Shown piece by piece: positions 41,617 through 50,920 of a stretch of 64,000 bases of DNA. The notes below the pieces were generated by a model, which worked only from the letters and a program-made list of their open reading frames with translations, had not been told where the DNA came from and made no database searches. The translations under genes were made by a program, and so were the position numbers. This DNA comes from Candidatus Latescibacterota bacterium (lineage in GTDB: Bacteria; Latescibacterota; UBA2968; GCA-2709665), in the NCBI GenBank assembly GCA_963667175.2, contig CAXXXF010000014.1, positions 64,001 through 128,000 of the forward strand, in the 5' to 3' direction. Each line of letters opens with the position of its first letter. Position 1 is the stretch's first letter.

Positions 41617-43926
41617 ATGCCCATCAAAAGGTACGTTTTCTATTTCATCTCCGCCGCAGTTGCGAGTGCGGTCGTGTATTTCCTGATCCCTCTGCCCCGA
41701 CCGTTATTCACGCCGGATTACAGCACGCTGGTCGTGGACCGGAACGGCCGGCTTCTGCGTGCCTTTCTCAACGACGGCCAGCAATGGTGTTTCCCACCCG
41801 ATTCCAGCCTGGCAACGCCCGACAAACTGCGGGCGGCCGTCCTTCACTTCGAAGACAGGCGCTTCTACGGCCACCCGGGCGTCGACCCGTTCGCGCTTGC
41901 CCGCGCCCTGTATCAGAACGCAGCGGCCCTGTCCGTGAAAAGCGGCGCAAGTACGCTCACCATGCAGGTAGCGCGGCTGATGCGTCCAAAGCCGCGCACC
42001 TATTTCAACAAAACGCTTGAAATGCTGCTGGCGCTGAAAATCGAGCTGTACCATACCAAGAACGAAATCCTGCGTATGTACCTGGATCACGCGCCTTACG
42101 GCCGCAACATCGTGGGCTACCAGGCCGCGACCCTCAGGTACTTCCGCAAGTTGCCCCATAAACTGACCTGGAGCGAGGCCGCGACCCTTGCGGTACTGCC
42201 CAACGCACCCGGGCTCGTCTTCCCCAACGCCGACCCCCGCCGGCTGCTGCAGAAGCGCAATCGACTGCTCGCCGGTCTGCACCGTACCGGCCATTTCGAC
42301 GCCGAAACCCTGCGCCTGGCCCGCGGCGAACCCGTGCCAATGCAAGTCTTTGCGTTTCCGGTGCTGGCGCCGCACCTGTCTCGTTTTATCAAGGGAAACC
42401 GCGGCGGCGGTCGCGTCAGAACCACCATCGACGCGGATTTTCAACGGAAACTGGAAGCCACCGTCGCGCGACACCTGGACTACCTCGATCACCGGGGCAT
42501 TGGCAATGGCGCAGCGCTGCTGGTGGACACCGGCAGCGGCGACGTCCGGGCCTACGTCGGCTCTCGGGATTTCTTTATGGCAGACCACCAGGGTCAGGTG
42601 GACGGCGTGATCGCGCCGCGTTCTTCAGGATCGCTGCTCAAGCCCTTTCTGTACGCACTGAGCATCGATCAGGGCCTTATCCTGCCCGAGACCATGGTCA
42701 AGGACGTACCCACCTTCTATAGGGGGTTCTCACCACGCAACGCCGATAAGAGCTACGACGGTCTGGTACGGGCCGAAGAGGCCCTGGTGAGATCCCTCAA
42801 TGTGCCGGCCGTGCGTCTCCTGCGGCGCTATGGCGTGTTCAATTTTCACCGCTTTCTCCGCGACGCCGGCGTCTCGACCCTGGTACGCTCCGCCGATGAC
42901 TACGGCCTGCCGCTGATACTCGGCGGCGCCGAAGTTACCCTATGGGATATGGCGCGGCTCTACCGCTGCCTTGGCCGTGGGGGACGGATCGAATCCCTGC
43001 GCTACCTGTACGGGCAGAAGGAACACAGACTGCCAGCGCCCCTCATCAGTGAGGGGGCGGCCCATCTCGTCCTGGAGGCGTTGCGCGACGTGCGGCGGCC
43101 CGGAGTCGAGTATTACTGGCGCCAGTACGAGGACCAGTGGCCCCTCGCCTGGAAGACCGGCACCAGCTATGGCCGGCGCGACGCCTGGGCGATAGGCGTG
43201 AGTCTCGAATGGACCATTGCCGTGTGGATCGGCAACTTCACGGGCGAAGGCAACCCCGACATGAGCGGCGCGCGAACGGCCGGTCCGTTGCTCTTTGACA
43301 TTTTCAACGGCGTCCCCAGGAGCCTCGATCAGGCGTGGTTTCCACGGCCCGACGCCGACCTGGAAGCCGCGACGTTGTGTGTGGAAAGCGGCCGACCCGT
43401 CAACCCCCATTGCCCACGTACTACCCGGACCCTGGCGCCCCGTTATAGGCGCCCCATGGACCGCTGCGCCTACCATCGGAGCGCCGTCCTCAATGGAGCG
43501 GGCACCCGTCAGGTGTGTTCTCTGTGCTGGCAGCCGGGCGACCACAAATTGGCGTCGCAAACGGTCTATCCGCCCGACGTCGTGCAATATCTCCGGGATC
43601 GGGGGCAGGCGCTCCACGATCCGCCGCCTCACAGGGCGGAATGCCCCGCGCAACCCGAAGCCAGGCCCCTGCAGGTGCTCTATCCGACGCCGGAAGCCCG
43701 CCTGCAGGTTGGCCGGGATCTGGACGGCGCCCGGCAGAAAATTATCCTCAGGGCGGCTCACAGCCACCGGGAGCGCGCATTGTTCTGGTACGTGAATCGC
43801 CGGTACCTGGGCAGTACCGTAAACCGCCACCGATTGGCGGTGTCCCTTGCGCCGGGCACACAGGCTCTGGAAATCGTCGATGCCCACGGCTTTCGCGACC
43901 GCGTTCGGTTTTACGTCGTACGTTGA
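41617..43926 (+). CDS. pbpC: Penicillin-binding protein 1C
   Basis: FEDRRFY, GASTLTMQ, SLLKP, SLN, KTGT; canonical partner of A2M. Confidence 0.95.
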   Translation: MPIKRYVFYFISAAVASAVVYFLIPLPRPLFTPDYSTLVVDRNGRLLRAFLNDGQQWCFPPDSSLATPDKLRAAVLHFEDRRFYGHPGVDPFALARALYQNAAALSVKSGASTLTMQVARLMRPKPRTYFNKTLEMLLALKIELYHTKNEILRMYLDHAPYGRNIVGYQAATLRYFRKLPHKLTWSEAATLAVLPNAPGLVFPNADPRRLLQKRNRLLAGLHRTGHFDAETLRLARGEPVPMQVFAFPVLAPHLSRFIKGNRGGGRVRTTIDADFQRKLEATVARHLDYLDHRGIGNGAALLVDTGSGDVRAYVGSRDFFMADHQGQVDGVIAPRSSGSLLKPFLYALSIDQGLILPETMVKDVPTFYRGFSPRNADKSYDGLVRAEEALVRSLNVPAVRLLRRYGVFNFHRFLRDAGVSTLVRSADDYGLPLILGGAEVTLWDMARLYRCLGRGGRIESLRYLYGQKEHRLPAPLISEGAAHLVLEALRDVRRPGVEYYWRQYEDQWPLAWKTGTSYGRRDAWAIGVSLEWTIAVWIGNFTGEGNPDMSGARTAGPLLFDIFNGVPRSLDQAWFPRPDADLEAATLCVESGRPVNPHCPRTTRTLAPRYRRPMDRCAYHRSAVLNGAGTRQVCSLCWQPGDHKLASQTVYPPDVVQYLRDRGQALHDPPPHRAECPAQPEARPLQVLYPTPEARLQVGRDLDGARQKIILRAAHSHRERALFWYVNRRYLGSTVNRHRLAVSLAPGTQALEIVDAHGFRDRVRFYVVR

Positions 43927-43963
43927 GGAGTTGGGCATTGAGCCGCGTTCAATCGGTGCGGTT

Positions 43964-44122
43964 CAGATCAACCAGGCCGGCCTCACCGTGGGCACCTTCG
44001 CGGACAGCCCCGACGCGGCAAAACGCTGGATCGACGCCGGCGTGCGATACATCGCGCTCTCGGTCGATACGGGCATCTATCTCCACGGCTGCCGCGATAT
44101 GGTCAACAGCGTGAGGAAGTGA
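43964..44122 (+). repeat. Diverged duplicate of the aldolase 3' end (35809-35967)
   Basis: 159 bp, ungapped, 17 mismatches by manual count, mostly third-codon positions. Confidence 0.92.
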
Positions 44123-44207
44123 GCACGGAACCACGTTGCAAGAGCATCACCAGGATATCAGCAACGTACTGCGCTGGATTCGTCGGAAATCTGGACAAAG
44201 ACGCAAC

Positions 44208-44247
44208 AGCAAGTAGGGCGACTCTTCTCCGAGTCGCCCTACTTGCT
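44208..44247. repeat. Perfect 17-bp stem-loop (REP-like or terminator)
   Basis: AGCAAGTAGGGCGACTC-ttctcc-GAGTCGCCCTACTTGCT. Confidence 0.75.
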
Positions 44248-44437
44248 TGCAAACCAGACTATCACATCGTACGTGTGCTAAACTCGTCTCCGATTCGGAT
44301 CCCATCTACGATCTCTCTAACGTCGTATTGGTACGTAGGGTGTCGGTCAAGGCTGGGATCTATACAATGGGAACGATTTACAATGTTTGCCAGCAGACAC
44401 ATCATCAAACATGGCACAAGGCAGGTCGGCCACCCAC

Positions 44438-44923
44438 TCAAGAACTCAACAGTCTATCCCGCAATACAACGGCCAACACTCGCTTAACATCATCCAGTTC
44501 AATCCCCCGCATATATGCGCACCCCCGTAGATCCTCATCCTTGATCTCATCGAATTCGAACGTACCAACATATTCAAAACAATATTGTTGTATATCATAA
44601 GGACCCTTGCCCTTAACTTTTTTGGTCAAACGTGTGACAATTCCCTCTGCCCACTTCTCAGCTTCGATTTCTTCAGCGATTTCCTTTCCAAAATCCGTCA
44701 ACTGCAACGGGCTGGCCGGAGTTACAACCCTGCGAGATGGAAGTCGTTCCAGGACTTCTTCGATCTTCTTCTCGATTCTATCCATGAATTCCTTAAACGC
44801 TTTCCTGTCGGAGTCAACTTCTCCCTTCCACTTCCCGCTCTTGAAGACGAGACCGGCCGCGGTAATCAATAAACCGAAAACGGCAACAGAGGCGCCTATG
44901 GCAAGGAATATGTGTTTTTCCAT
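44438..44923 (-). CDS. Hypothetical membrane-anchored protein
   Basis: N-terminal TM helix, coiled segment, SPLQLTDFG motif; SD GAGGG. Confidence 0.75.
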   Translation of the reverse strand: MEKHIFLAIGASVAVFGLLITAAGLVFKSGKWKGEVDSDRKAFKEFMDRIEKKIEEVLERLPSRRVVTPASPLQLTDFGKEIAEEIEAEKWAEGIVTRLTKKVKGKGPYDIQQYCFEYVGTFEFDEIKDEDLRGCAYMRGIELDDVKRVLAVVLRDRLLSS

Positions 44924-45119
44924 CGTCAATTCCCTCAAGATCGCTTATCCGTTCGATCCGTCTCTTCAAACTCTACCGGACGGTTCGCCGCCGGCACAAC
45001 GTCATCGAAAGACTGTCATTCATACCGCTTCGGCAACTTTATCGCTTATCCCCCTTGGACTTTGTAGGGCTGTATACCGATTCTACAACCATAATCTACC
45101 ACTTCATCGCATTCCCCCG

Positions 45120-45299
45120 TTATCGCCTCCTGGACCTCTTGCCCCATTTCCTCTTCAGTTTGTCAAAGACCCGATCCGTCTCCTCCTCCGTCAACATCCT
45201 GCTCTTGCCTGTCCGCAATTCTCCGCAAGTCCGCAAGGCCCTGGCTACCTCCGCGTTAGCATCACTTTCATCCTCCCGCATCACGTCACCAGCACCCAT
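45120..45299 (-). CDS. Putative 59-aa small protein
   Basis: MGAGDVMREDES...EETDRVFDKLKRKWGKRSRRR; AAGGGG upstream; below the ORF-track cutoff. Confidence 0.45.
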   Translation of the reverse strand: MGAGDVMREDESDANAEVARALRTCGELRTGKSRMLTEEETDRVFDKLKRKWGKRSRRR

Positions 45300-45813
45300 T
45301 TTTTCCCCTTAATCAATTACCCCTTGTTTATACATCCACACTTCTCGTTCTCGTGCTGCAAACCGGTATGTGTATAAACATCACTCTTCAGCCTAACGCA
45401 TCAACCGCAGAGAAGAATCCTGTCTGAATCAGGCGTTTTGAGATGGTATCGAATTTCGCCATGCGAGAAGTCGTGGGGCCTGTGTGGAGATCGGGACGGC
45501 TCCGTGTAAACAAGATACGGGATCAAGGCAGAAAGTCAATTGCATCCTGAAAAATACACTACAATTACGACCGAAACAAAAGGGGCGACCACCCTTGGAG
45601 TCGCCCCTTGTTCGTGCGCAATCCACACAATGCCAATTCCTCATCGCCAATCGCAGCACACGTCGGATACCACCATCATGCGGGGGCCGGCCAGTCCCGT
45701 CGGCAGACCTCTTGCCGCATGTGTTCTGGGATGGACCCCCGTGCGGTACGGCTCTTGCGAGTAAACCAGTCTTACATGGACCGGCTACCGCAATGCCATG
45801 CGGCAGAATCCGA

Positions 45814-46071
45814 TCAAGCGACGTCGTGCCGTTTGATCCAGTCGCGCAGGGCGTTGTCGATCCGTGTCTGCCAGCCGCGCCCTCCGGCGCGAAAATGATC
45901 GACGACCTCCTGGGACAACCGGATAGTGGTCGATACTTTCGGTCGCGCCTTCGGGGGACGGCCCCGACGCACGGGCGCTCTGGCGAGCTTCTCCGGCCAG
46001 CCGCCCTTCGAGAGATCGGGTGCGGTGTCGGGGTCAAAACCTCGGGCCGTAGAGCCGTCGTTCTCGTTCAT
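45814..46071 (-). CDS. BrnA-family antitoxin
   Basis: RGRPPKARPKVSTTIRLSQEVVDHFRAGGRGWQTRIDNALR. Confidence 0.9.
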   Translation of the reverse strand: MNENDGSTARGFDPDTAPDLSKGGWPEKLARAPVRRGRPPKARPKVSTTIRLSQEVVDHFRAGGRGWQTRIDNALRDWIKRHDVA

Positions 46072-46128
46072 TTGTCCTCCTCATGCTAATGATCCTGTGG
46101 GCGTCGCCTCGTCGAACTCGATCCGCAC
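46034..46128 (-). pseudogene. Internally deleted BrnT toxin
   Basis: GTG-RIEFDEA N-terminus fused out of frame to RGDAHRIISMRRTNERERRLY C-terminus. Confidence 0.8.
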
Positions 46129-46232
46129 AATTAATGTTACTACAGAAAATCAGGCTGACAACGACATTTCCAAGCCACCGAGTATCTCGTGACCGAAGAC
46201 CGGATCGTTCGGGTGGATCGGATCCCTGCACT

Positions 46233-46257
46233 GTAGGGGCAACCCTTGTGGTTGCCC
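46233..46257 (+). repeat. GTAG-type REP palindrome
   Basis: GTAGGGGCAACCCTTGTGGTTGCCC. Confidence 0.9.
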
Positions 46258-46277
46258 TCGTTTGCACGATGGCGCAC

Positions 46278-47180
46278 CTAATATTCACCGTAGGTTGTAC
46301 GATTGTTGATAAATTTCCTAATCTCCTCGCCGTACCGCACAAAATTCCAACGCTTTGCGCTCCCCTTTTCATTTCTCTCACCGTCGATTTTCTCGCCGGC
46401 TTGGTGATAAAAGCCCCCATAGTAGCTTGGATGGTACGACTTCAGCCAAAACACTGAATGGTCATCTCCTGCTTGTGCGTCACGATCGAGCCTTAAATGT
46501 GCAATATTGGCGACGTTTCGCTGGGGATCGATACCATCGATATCCGACACCCGATTGACCATTTGGAACGCATTTTCTACTGCGACTCCGTGAGCATATT
46601 TGCCCTGAGTAATGATCACGTCAGGCTTAAGGATCTGCAATTCTTTAGATAAATACTCTCTGCAATTCTCGTAAACTCTCGGAGGCTCCTGGCGCTTTCC
46701 ATTTGCGTTAGAGCAACACTTCGCCGCTCTCACGTGAACAAAGAGGTCATGAATCACCGCTAATTTTTCTCTCTCATCCCAGTATCTTACTGGTTCAGGA
46801 AAACATTCCTCCCCAATGAAGGGATGGAGGATGCTCCGCACTATCCCCAAGGTTTCTCGCCAGTGAGGGTTCAGATGCCCTTGCGGACAATCGGGTTTCA
46901 CGTTCCTCTTCGGTTGGGGCGGGGACAGCGAAAGAACCAGGATACGGGGGATTGAGTAGCCGTGGAAGTCTCTATCCTCGTAGTATCGGCTAACGCAAAC
47001 ACCGTCTGTCGGAGGCGAAAAGTCTGCATCTTTCTTTTTCTGTCTGCAGGCTGCACGACATTCACATTTCTTTGAACAACCAAACGCTTCGAACCTATCT
47101 TCGAAACAAAGGTCGCTATCCACAGGCGCGATGCCACTGCACTCGTAATATTGGTTAAGGCGTTTTTGCGTCTCATTCAT
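46278..47180 (-). CDS. Divergent uracil-DNA-glycosylase-superfamily protein
   Basis: AAKCC, NCREYLSKELQILKPDVIITQG, YHPSY; Cys-rich N-terminus. Confidence 0.72.
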   Translation of the reverse strand: MNETQKRLNQYYECSGIAPVDSDLCFEDRFEAFGCSKKCECRAACRQKKKDADFSPPTDGVCVSRYYEDRDFHGYSIPRILVLSLSPPQPKRNVKPDCPQGHLNPHWRETLGIVRSILHPFIGEECFPEPVRYWDEREKLAVIHDLFVHVRAAKCCSNANGKRQEPPRVYENCREYLSKELQILKPDVIITQGKYAHGVAVENAFQMVNRVSDIDGIDPQRNVANIAHLRLDRDAQAGDDHSVFWLKSYHPSYYGGFYHQAGEKIDGERNEKGSAKRWNFVRYGEEIRKFINNRTTYGEY

Positions 47181-47232
47181 CGCTAAGTGCCTCTCAATGC
47201 GGTTTCAAATCTTCCTTCCACGGATGCCTTAG

Positions 47233-48784
47233 CAGTCCGTTGAAAAAACGGGATTTCAGCGAAGAATCGTGGAAAAGAGGGTAGGGTATGTTTGATGTGT
47301 GTTGCGTGTCGGCAATGGGCACTAAGTTTTCAAATAGGGAAAGAATGCGGAAAGACGCCGTGAAATTGTTTTACGGGCCTCGAGAGCGCGTTTGAGGCGA
47401 TGAACAAAGGTGCCGAATGCCGATAGCAACCCATGCAACGCCCTCGGGGTGCCCTTGCCGGTGATCTGTCGCATCACGAGGGAGAGATTGAAAGCGCCGC
47501 CGTGTATACACAGCCGTTTGTAGATGTTGGTGTGGCCGCGCAGGTGCGTGCGACGCATCCCCCCGGTTTCATAGGTGTGCGCAAAACTGCGTTCTGCCAC
47601 CTCGGCGCGCTGCCGCTGCAGGGCGCGCCCACGGACGCCTCGTATGCGCCGGCGATTTGCATACACCGCCATCTTGGCCGCCGCATCCTTTTTCCAGTTT
47701 CGCCGTCCGCGATCCGGTTCCGAGACGTAGCTGCGGATCTTTGCCGTCTTCAAGGTCTTCATGGTGTGATTGCTGTGATATCCCTTATCCGCCACCACTT
47801 CGCGAAGTGCCGTCTTGTCATCGATGTCCCCGACCGCTTGCAGATTCCGGTCGGCTTGGTCCAAACTCCCGCCCAGCGACTCGGTGTCCCCTTTATCGGC
47901 GCCACATACCGTTATGGCCACCAGCGCCTGAGTGTCCAGATCGACCGTATGCTCGGCCTTGTGAGCCAAATGCGTGCGTCCGTCCTTCATCTTGGTAACG
48001 CGGGCATCCGCATCATGGGGATGTTCCCAGTCCTTGTTGGAAGCCTTATTCGTGCGCTTCTTGTCGAGCCGGGCCAGGTCCTGCTTCGTCGGGGTTGGGA
48101 TGCCTTCGGCCCGGGCCAGCCCTTCCAGGTACTCGTGGTAGGCTTTGCCCGTGTCCCGGCGCACGATGCTTTTCATCGCCGCGTTGGCTTCCAGCGTGGT
48201 GGCGTCCACCGCCACCGTCTTGCCCTTGAGCAGGTCGTGGCCGACCAACACCTTCAGCACAAACGTGAAGACCGCTTCGTGCACCTCCACCGGCAAGCGC
48301 TGCCTTATGCGCGACAGACTCGAGTGATCCGGCGGCGATTCGCTCAAGGGAATACCCAGAAAGCGGCGCAGACAAAGCGAATCGGCAACACGCCAGGCGA
48401 TGCCCCGCTCCGAGCTCAAACCCTCGAAATAGCCGATCATCAGCATGCGGAAATACACCCCGGGAACGATACTGGGACGCCCCAACGTCTCCGCGTAATA
48501 CGGCGCGCACTGCCCTTCCACAAAGGGATCGAAACCACCCTCGGACAGCAGCCTGTTCAGGCGCGTGTAAAACGGATGCCCAGGACCCTCGGACAGCGTG
48601 CTGGAAGGCACCCACATTTCCTCCTGATGACTTTCTTGACGCCTGCTCATCGACATCACCGACCTCCTTCAACACTCGACTTCTCTGCTTACTGCACGTT
48701 TCCTCTATCTTACCAACAAACACATGACACAAACAATACTTTTTTGACCATGACTTCGAAAATTCATACTTTTTCAACAGGCTG
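47233..48784 (-). mobile_element. IS1182/IS5-like insertion sequence
   Basis: TIRs CAGTCCGTTGAAAAA / TTTTTCAACAGGCTG enclosing a transposase; flanks TTAG / TTAA. Confidence 0.88.
47322..48659 (-). CDS. DDE transposase (DUF772 N-terminus, IS1182/IS5-like)
   Basis: GRPSI, SERGI, PDHSSLSR, VDAT, ADKGY, ERSF. Confidence 0.92.
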   Translation of the reverse strand: MMSMSRRQESHQEEMWVPSSTLSEGPGHPFYTRLNRLLSEGGFDPFVEGQCAPYYAETLGRPSIVPGVYFRMLMIGYFEGLSSERGIAWRVADSLCLRRFLGIPLSESPPDHSSLSRIRQRLPVEVHEAVFTFVLKVLVGHDLLKGKTVAVDATTLEANAAMKSIVRRDTGKAYHEYLEGLARAEGIPTPTKQDLARLDKKRTNKASNKDWEHPHDADARVTKMKDGRTHLAHKAEHTVDLDTQALVAITVCGADKGDTESLGGSLDQADRNLQAVGDIDDKTALREVVADKGYHSNHTMKTLKTAKIRSYVSEPDRGRRNWKKDAAAKMAVYANRRRIRGVRGRALQRQRAEVAERSFAHTYETGGMRRTHLRGHTNIYKRLCIHGGAFNLSLVMRQITGKGTPRALHGLLSAFGTFVHRLKRALEARKTISRRLSAFFPYLKT

Positions 48785-49331
48785 TTAAAGCTCGGATCTT
48801 GACTATCACAACCGATGGGTATCCGCGCCGATCGGATTGTTTGATGAGACTTGGGCCAACACACAACCTGCACCTGACGAGTCTAACGAGGGCGGACGCG
48901 AGCGGTGTCGCGGAACGCCTGTTCAAGGTCCGAAAAATTGTATGTGATTGTAGCGTCCTGGGCGAGTGTCCTTTGCTGCAAATCCGTAAAAGTCGGACGT
49001 GTCCATTGCGGGATTCATTGAAATTTCCTTAGATGTCGGAAATTATCCGGAATTTCAGCCATCTCTGGCGTCATGCGATTCTCCTCCTTCCTTAAGATCC
49101 AGTTTGGCAAGTTCCTGACGTATAATATACTTAGAGCAAATCCGCAAAGCACGGCCCAGACGCAGATTGCCCCTCACGTCGCTCCAGTCACCCCTGCAGA
49201 CGTCCCTGAACACGCGCGCCGAAAGGTGTTCCATTCTGGTTATATGACGATCCCCGTAGTGTCGTCCTGGTTTGGTTTCCAGATTGACGTCGACCCACCG
49301 GTAATAACTATCTTTCTGGCGCTGCCGTCGG

Positions 49332-50756
49332 GGGAATGTACCTATCTTAGTTGAAATAGAAGAGGCTCCGATGTAAATTGGATACAGTAGTCCCGAGTAG
49401 AATACTGTATCCTCATACGAAAGGAGCCTGTAATGAGCAAGGTATCATCGAAGTCTCGTGAAGTCAAGTTGAACACGGAAGGTGTTGTGAGTTCCAGGGC
49501 GGTCTCCGCAGGTATGCTGGAGGATGTTGACGTCCGTGTGGCCTTGATCCAGTCGCTGATCCCTCTGGGTCTGGCCGCCGTGGAAGAAATCTTGCAGAAT
49601 GAGGTCGCCGCGTTGACGGGCAAGAGATACAGTCGTAAAGCAGACAAGGCCCCGAATCGCCGGTGGGGCGTGCAACGTGGATCGGTGTATCTATCGGACC
49701 AGAAAGTGCCCGTGGCGGTACCGAGGGTGCGCGACGTGGAAGCCAATGAGGAGGTGCCTCTACAGGCGTATCGCCGCTTGCAGCGCCCCAGAGACATGGA
49801 CGAAGGGTTGCTGCTTCGCGTTCTGGGCGGCCTTGCCACGCGTTCTTACGCCAGTTGCGCAGAGGCGGTACCCGAGGCGTTTGGCTTGTCTTCGTCGACG
49901 GTCTCGAAGCGGTTCATAAAGACATCAGCGGCCAAGCTGAGGCAGTTTCAAGAACGGTCGCTTGCCGGCTATGACCTGGTGGGGCTGTTTATGGATGGCA
50001 AGACCTTTGCCGATCAGCAAATGATCATCGCCCTTGGCGTGACAATCGACGGGGACAAGGTCCCGCTGGGGTTCGTGCAGGCCGCCAGTGAAAATGAGCG
50101 CGTGTGCCGGCAGTTTGTCAATTCGCTCATCGATCGCGGACTGCAGTATCACCAGGGGCTGCTGTGCCTCATCGACGGCTCGAAGGGGTTGCGGACCGCG
50201 CTGACCAAGGCCCTATCCGGATACGTCGCCATTCAACGCTGCCAGTGGCACAAACGGGAAAACGTGATCGCCTATCTGCCAAAATCACAGCAGGATGAGG
50301 TCAGAAAGGCCCTCCACGATGCGTACGACAAGGAGACCTACAACGAAGCCAAAGCCGCGCTACAGGCCCTCAAACCCTCCCTGGCGCTGAGGAACGCATC
50401 GGCACTGAACAGCCTCGAGGAAGGGCTCGAAGAAACCCTCACCCTCCATCGGCTGGGGCTCATGCCACAGCTCAAACAATCGTTCCGCACCACCAACTGT
50501 ATCGAATCCCTCAACGCCATGGTCGCTCAGCGCACACGAAATGTAAAACGATGGAACAACTCCGATCAGCGATATCGGTGGTTGGCAGCCGCGCTGTTAG
50601 ACATCGAGCCACGACTGCGGAGAATCAAAGGATACCGCTTTCTTCCTATACTCAGACTTGCCCTACAAAAACACCTCAACCTCGATCACGACGCGCAAGA
50701 GGCTTTCGCCGCCGACTAAACGCCTCTCCCGTTTCAACTAAAAATAGTACTTGCCC
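49332..50756 (+). mobile_element. IS256-family insertion sequence
   Basis: Imperfect ~35-bp TIRs (GGGAATGTAC..TTAGTTGAAA / TTTCAACTAA..GTACTTGCCC); 8-bp target duplication GCCGTCGG at 49324-49331 and 50757-50764. Confidence 0.95.
49433..50719 (+). CDS. IS256-family transposase
   Basis: VPRVR, FMDG, IDGSKGL, QRCQWHK, TTNCIESLN. Confidence 0.95.
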   Translation: MSKVSSKSREVKLNTEGVVSSRAVSAGMLEDVDVRVALIQSLIPLGLAAVEEILQNEVAALTGKRYSRKADKAPNRRWGVQRGSVYLSDQKVPVAVPRVRDVEANEEVPLQAYRRLQRPRDMDEGLLLRVLGGLATRSYASCAEAVPEAFGLSSSTVSKRFIKTSAAKLRQFQERSLAGYDLVGLFMDGKTFADQQMIIALGVTIDGDKVPLGFVQAASENERVCRQFVNSLIDRGLQYHQGLLCLIDGSKGLRTALTKALSGYVAIQRCQWHKRENVIAYLPKSQQDEVRKALHDAYDKETYNEAKAALQALKPSLALRNASALNSLEEGLEETLTLHRLGLMPQLKQSFRTTNCIESLNAMVAQRTRNVKRWNNSDQRYRWLAAALLDIEPRLRRIKGYRFLPILRLALQKHLNLDHDAQEAFAAD

Positions 50757-50920
50757 GCCGTCGGTATGTTCTGCTCATACAGAATCACTCCCAATATTCC
50801 CTGTATGGCCCAGGCAGATGTTACCGCGCATTACGTAGCAGTGGTCACGGTTTCAATTCTCTTCCTTCCAGCGTCTTACCTCGTGTTCGTAACCCTTGGA
50901 CGAGGAGCAAGATCCGTCGG

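Larger units (their letters stand above)
49055..50778 (-). pseudogene. 96-aa MSRTYRR-type small protein gene split by IS256
   Basis: Removing the IS and one target-site copy restores an uninterrupted 97-codon ORF with a GGGAG SD. Confidence 0.7.
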
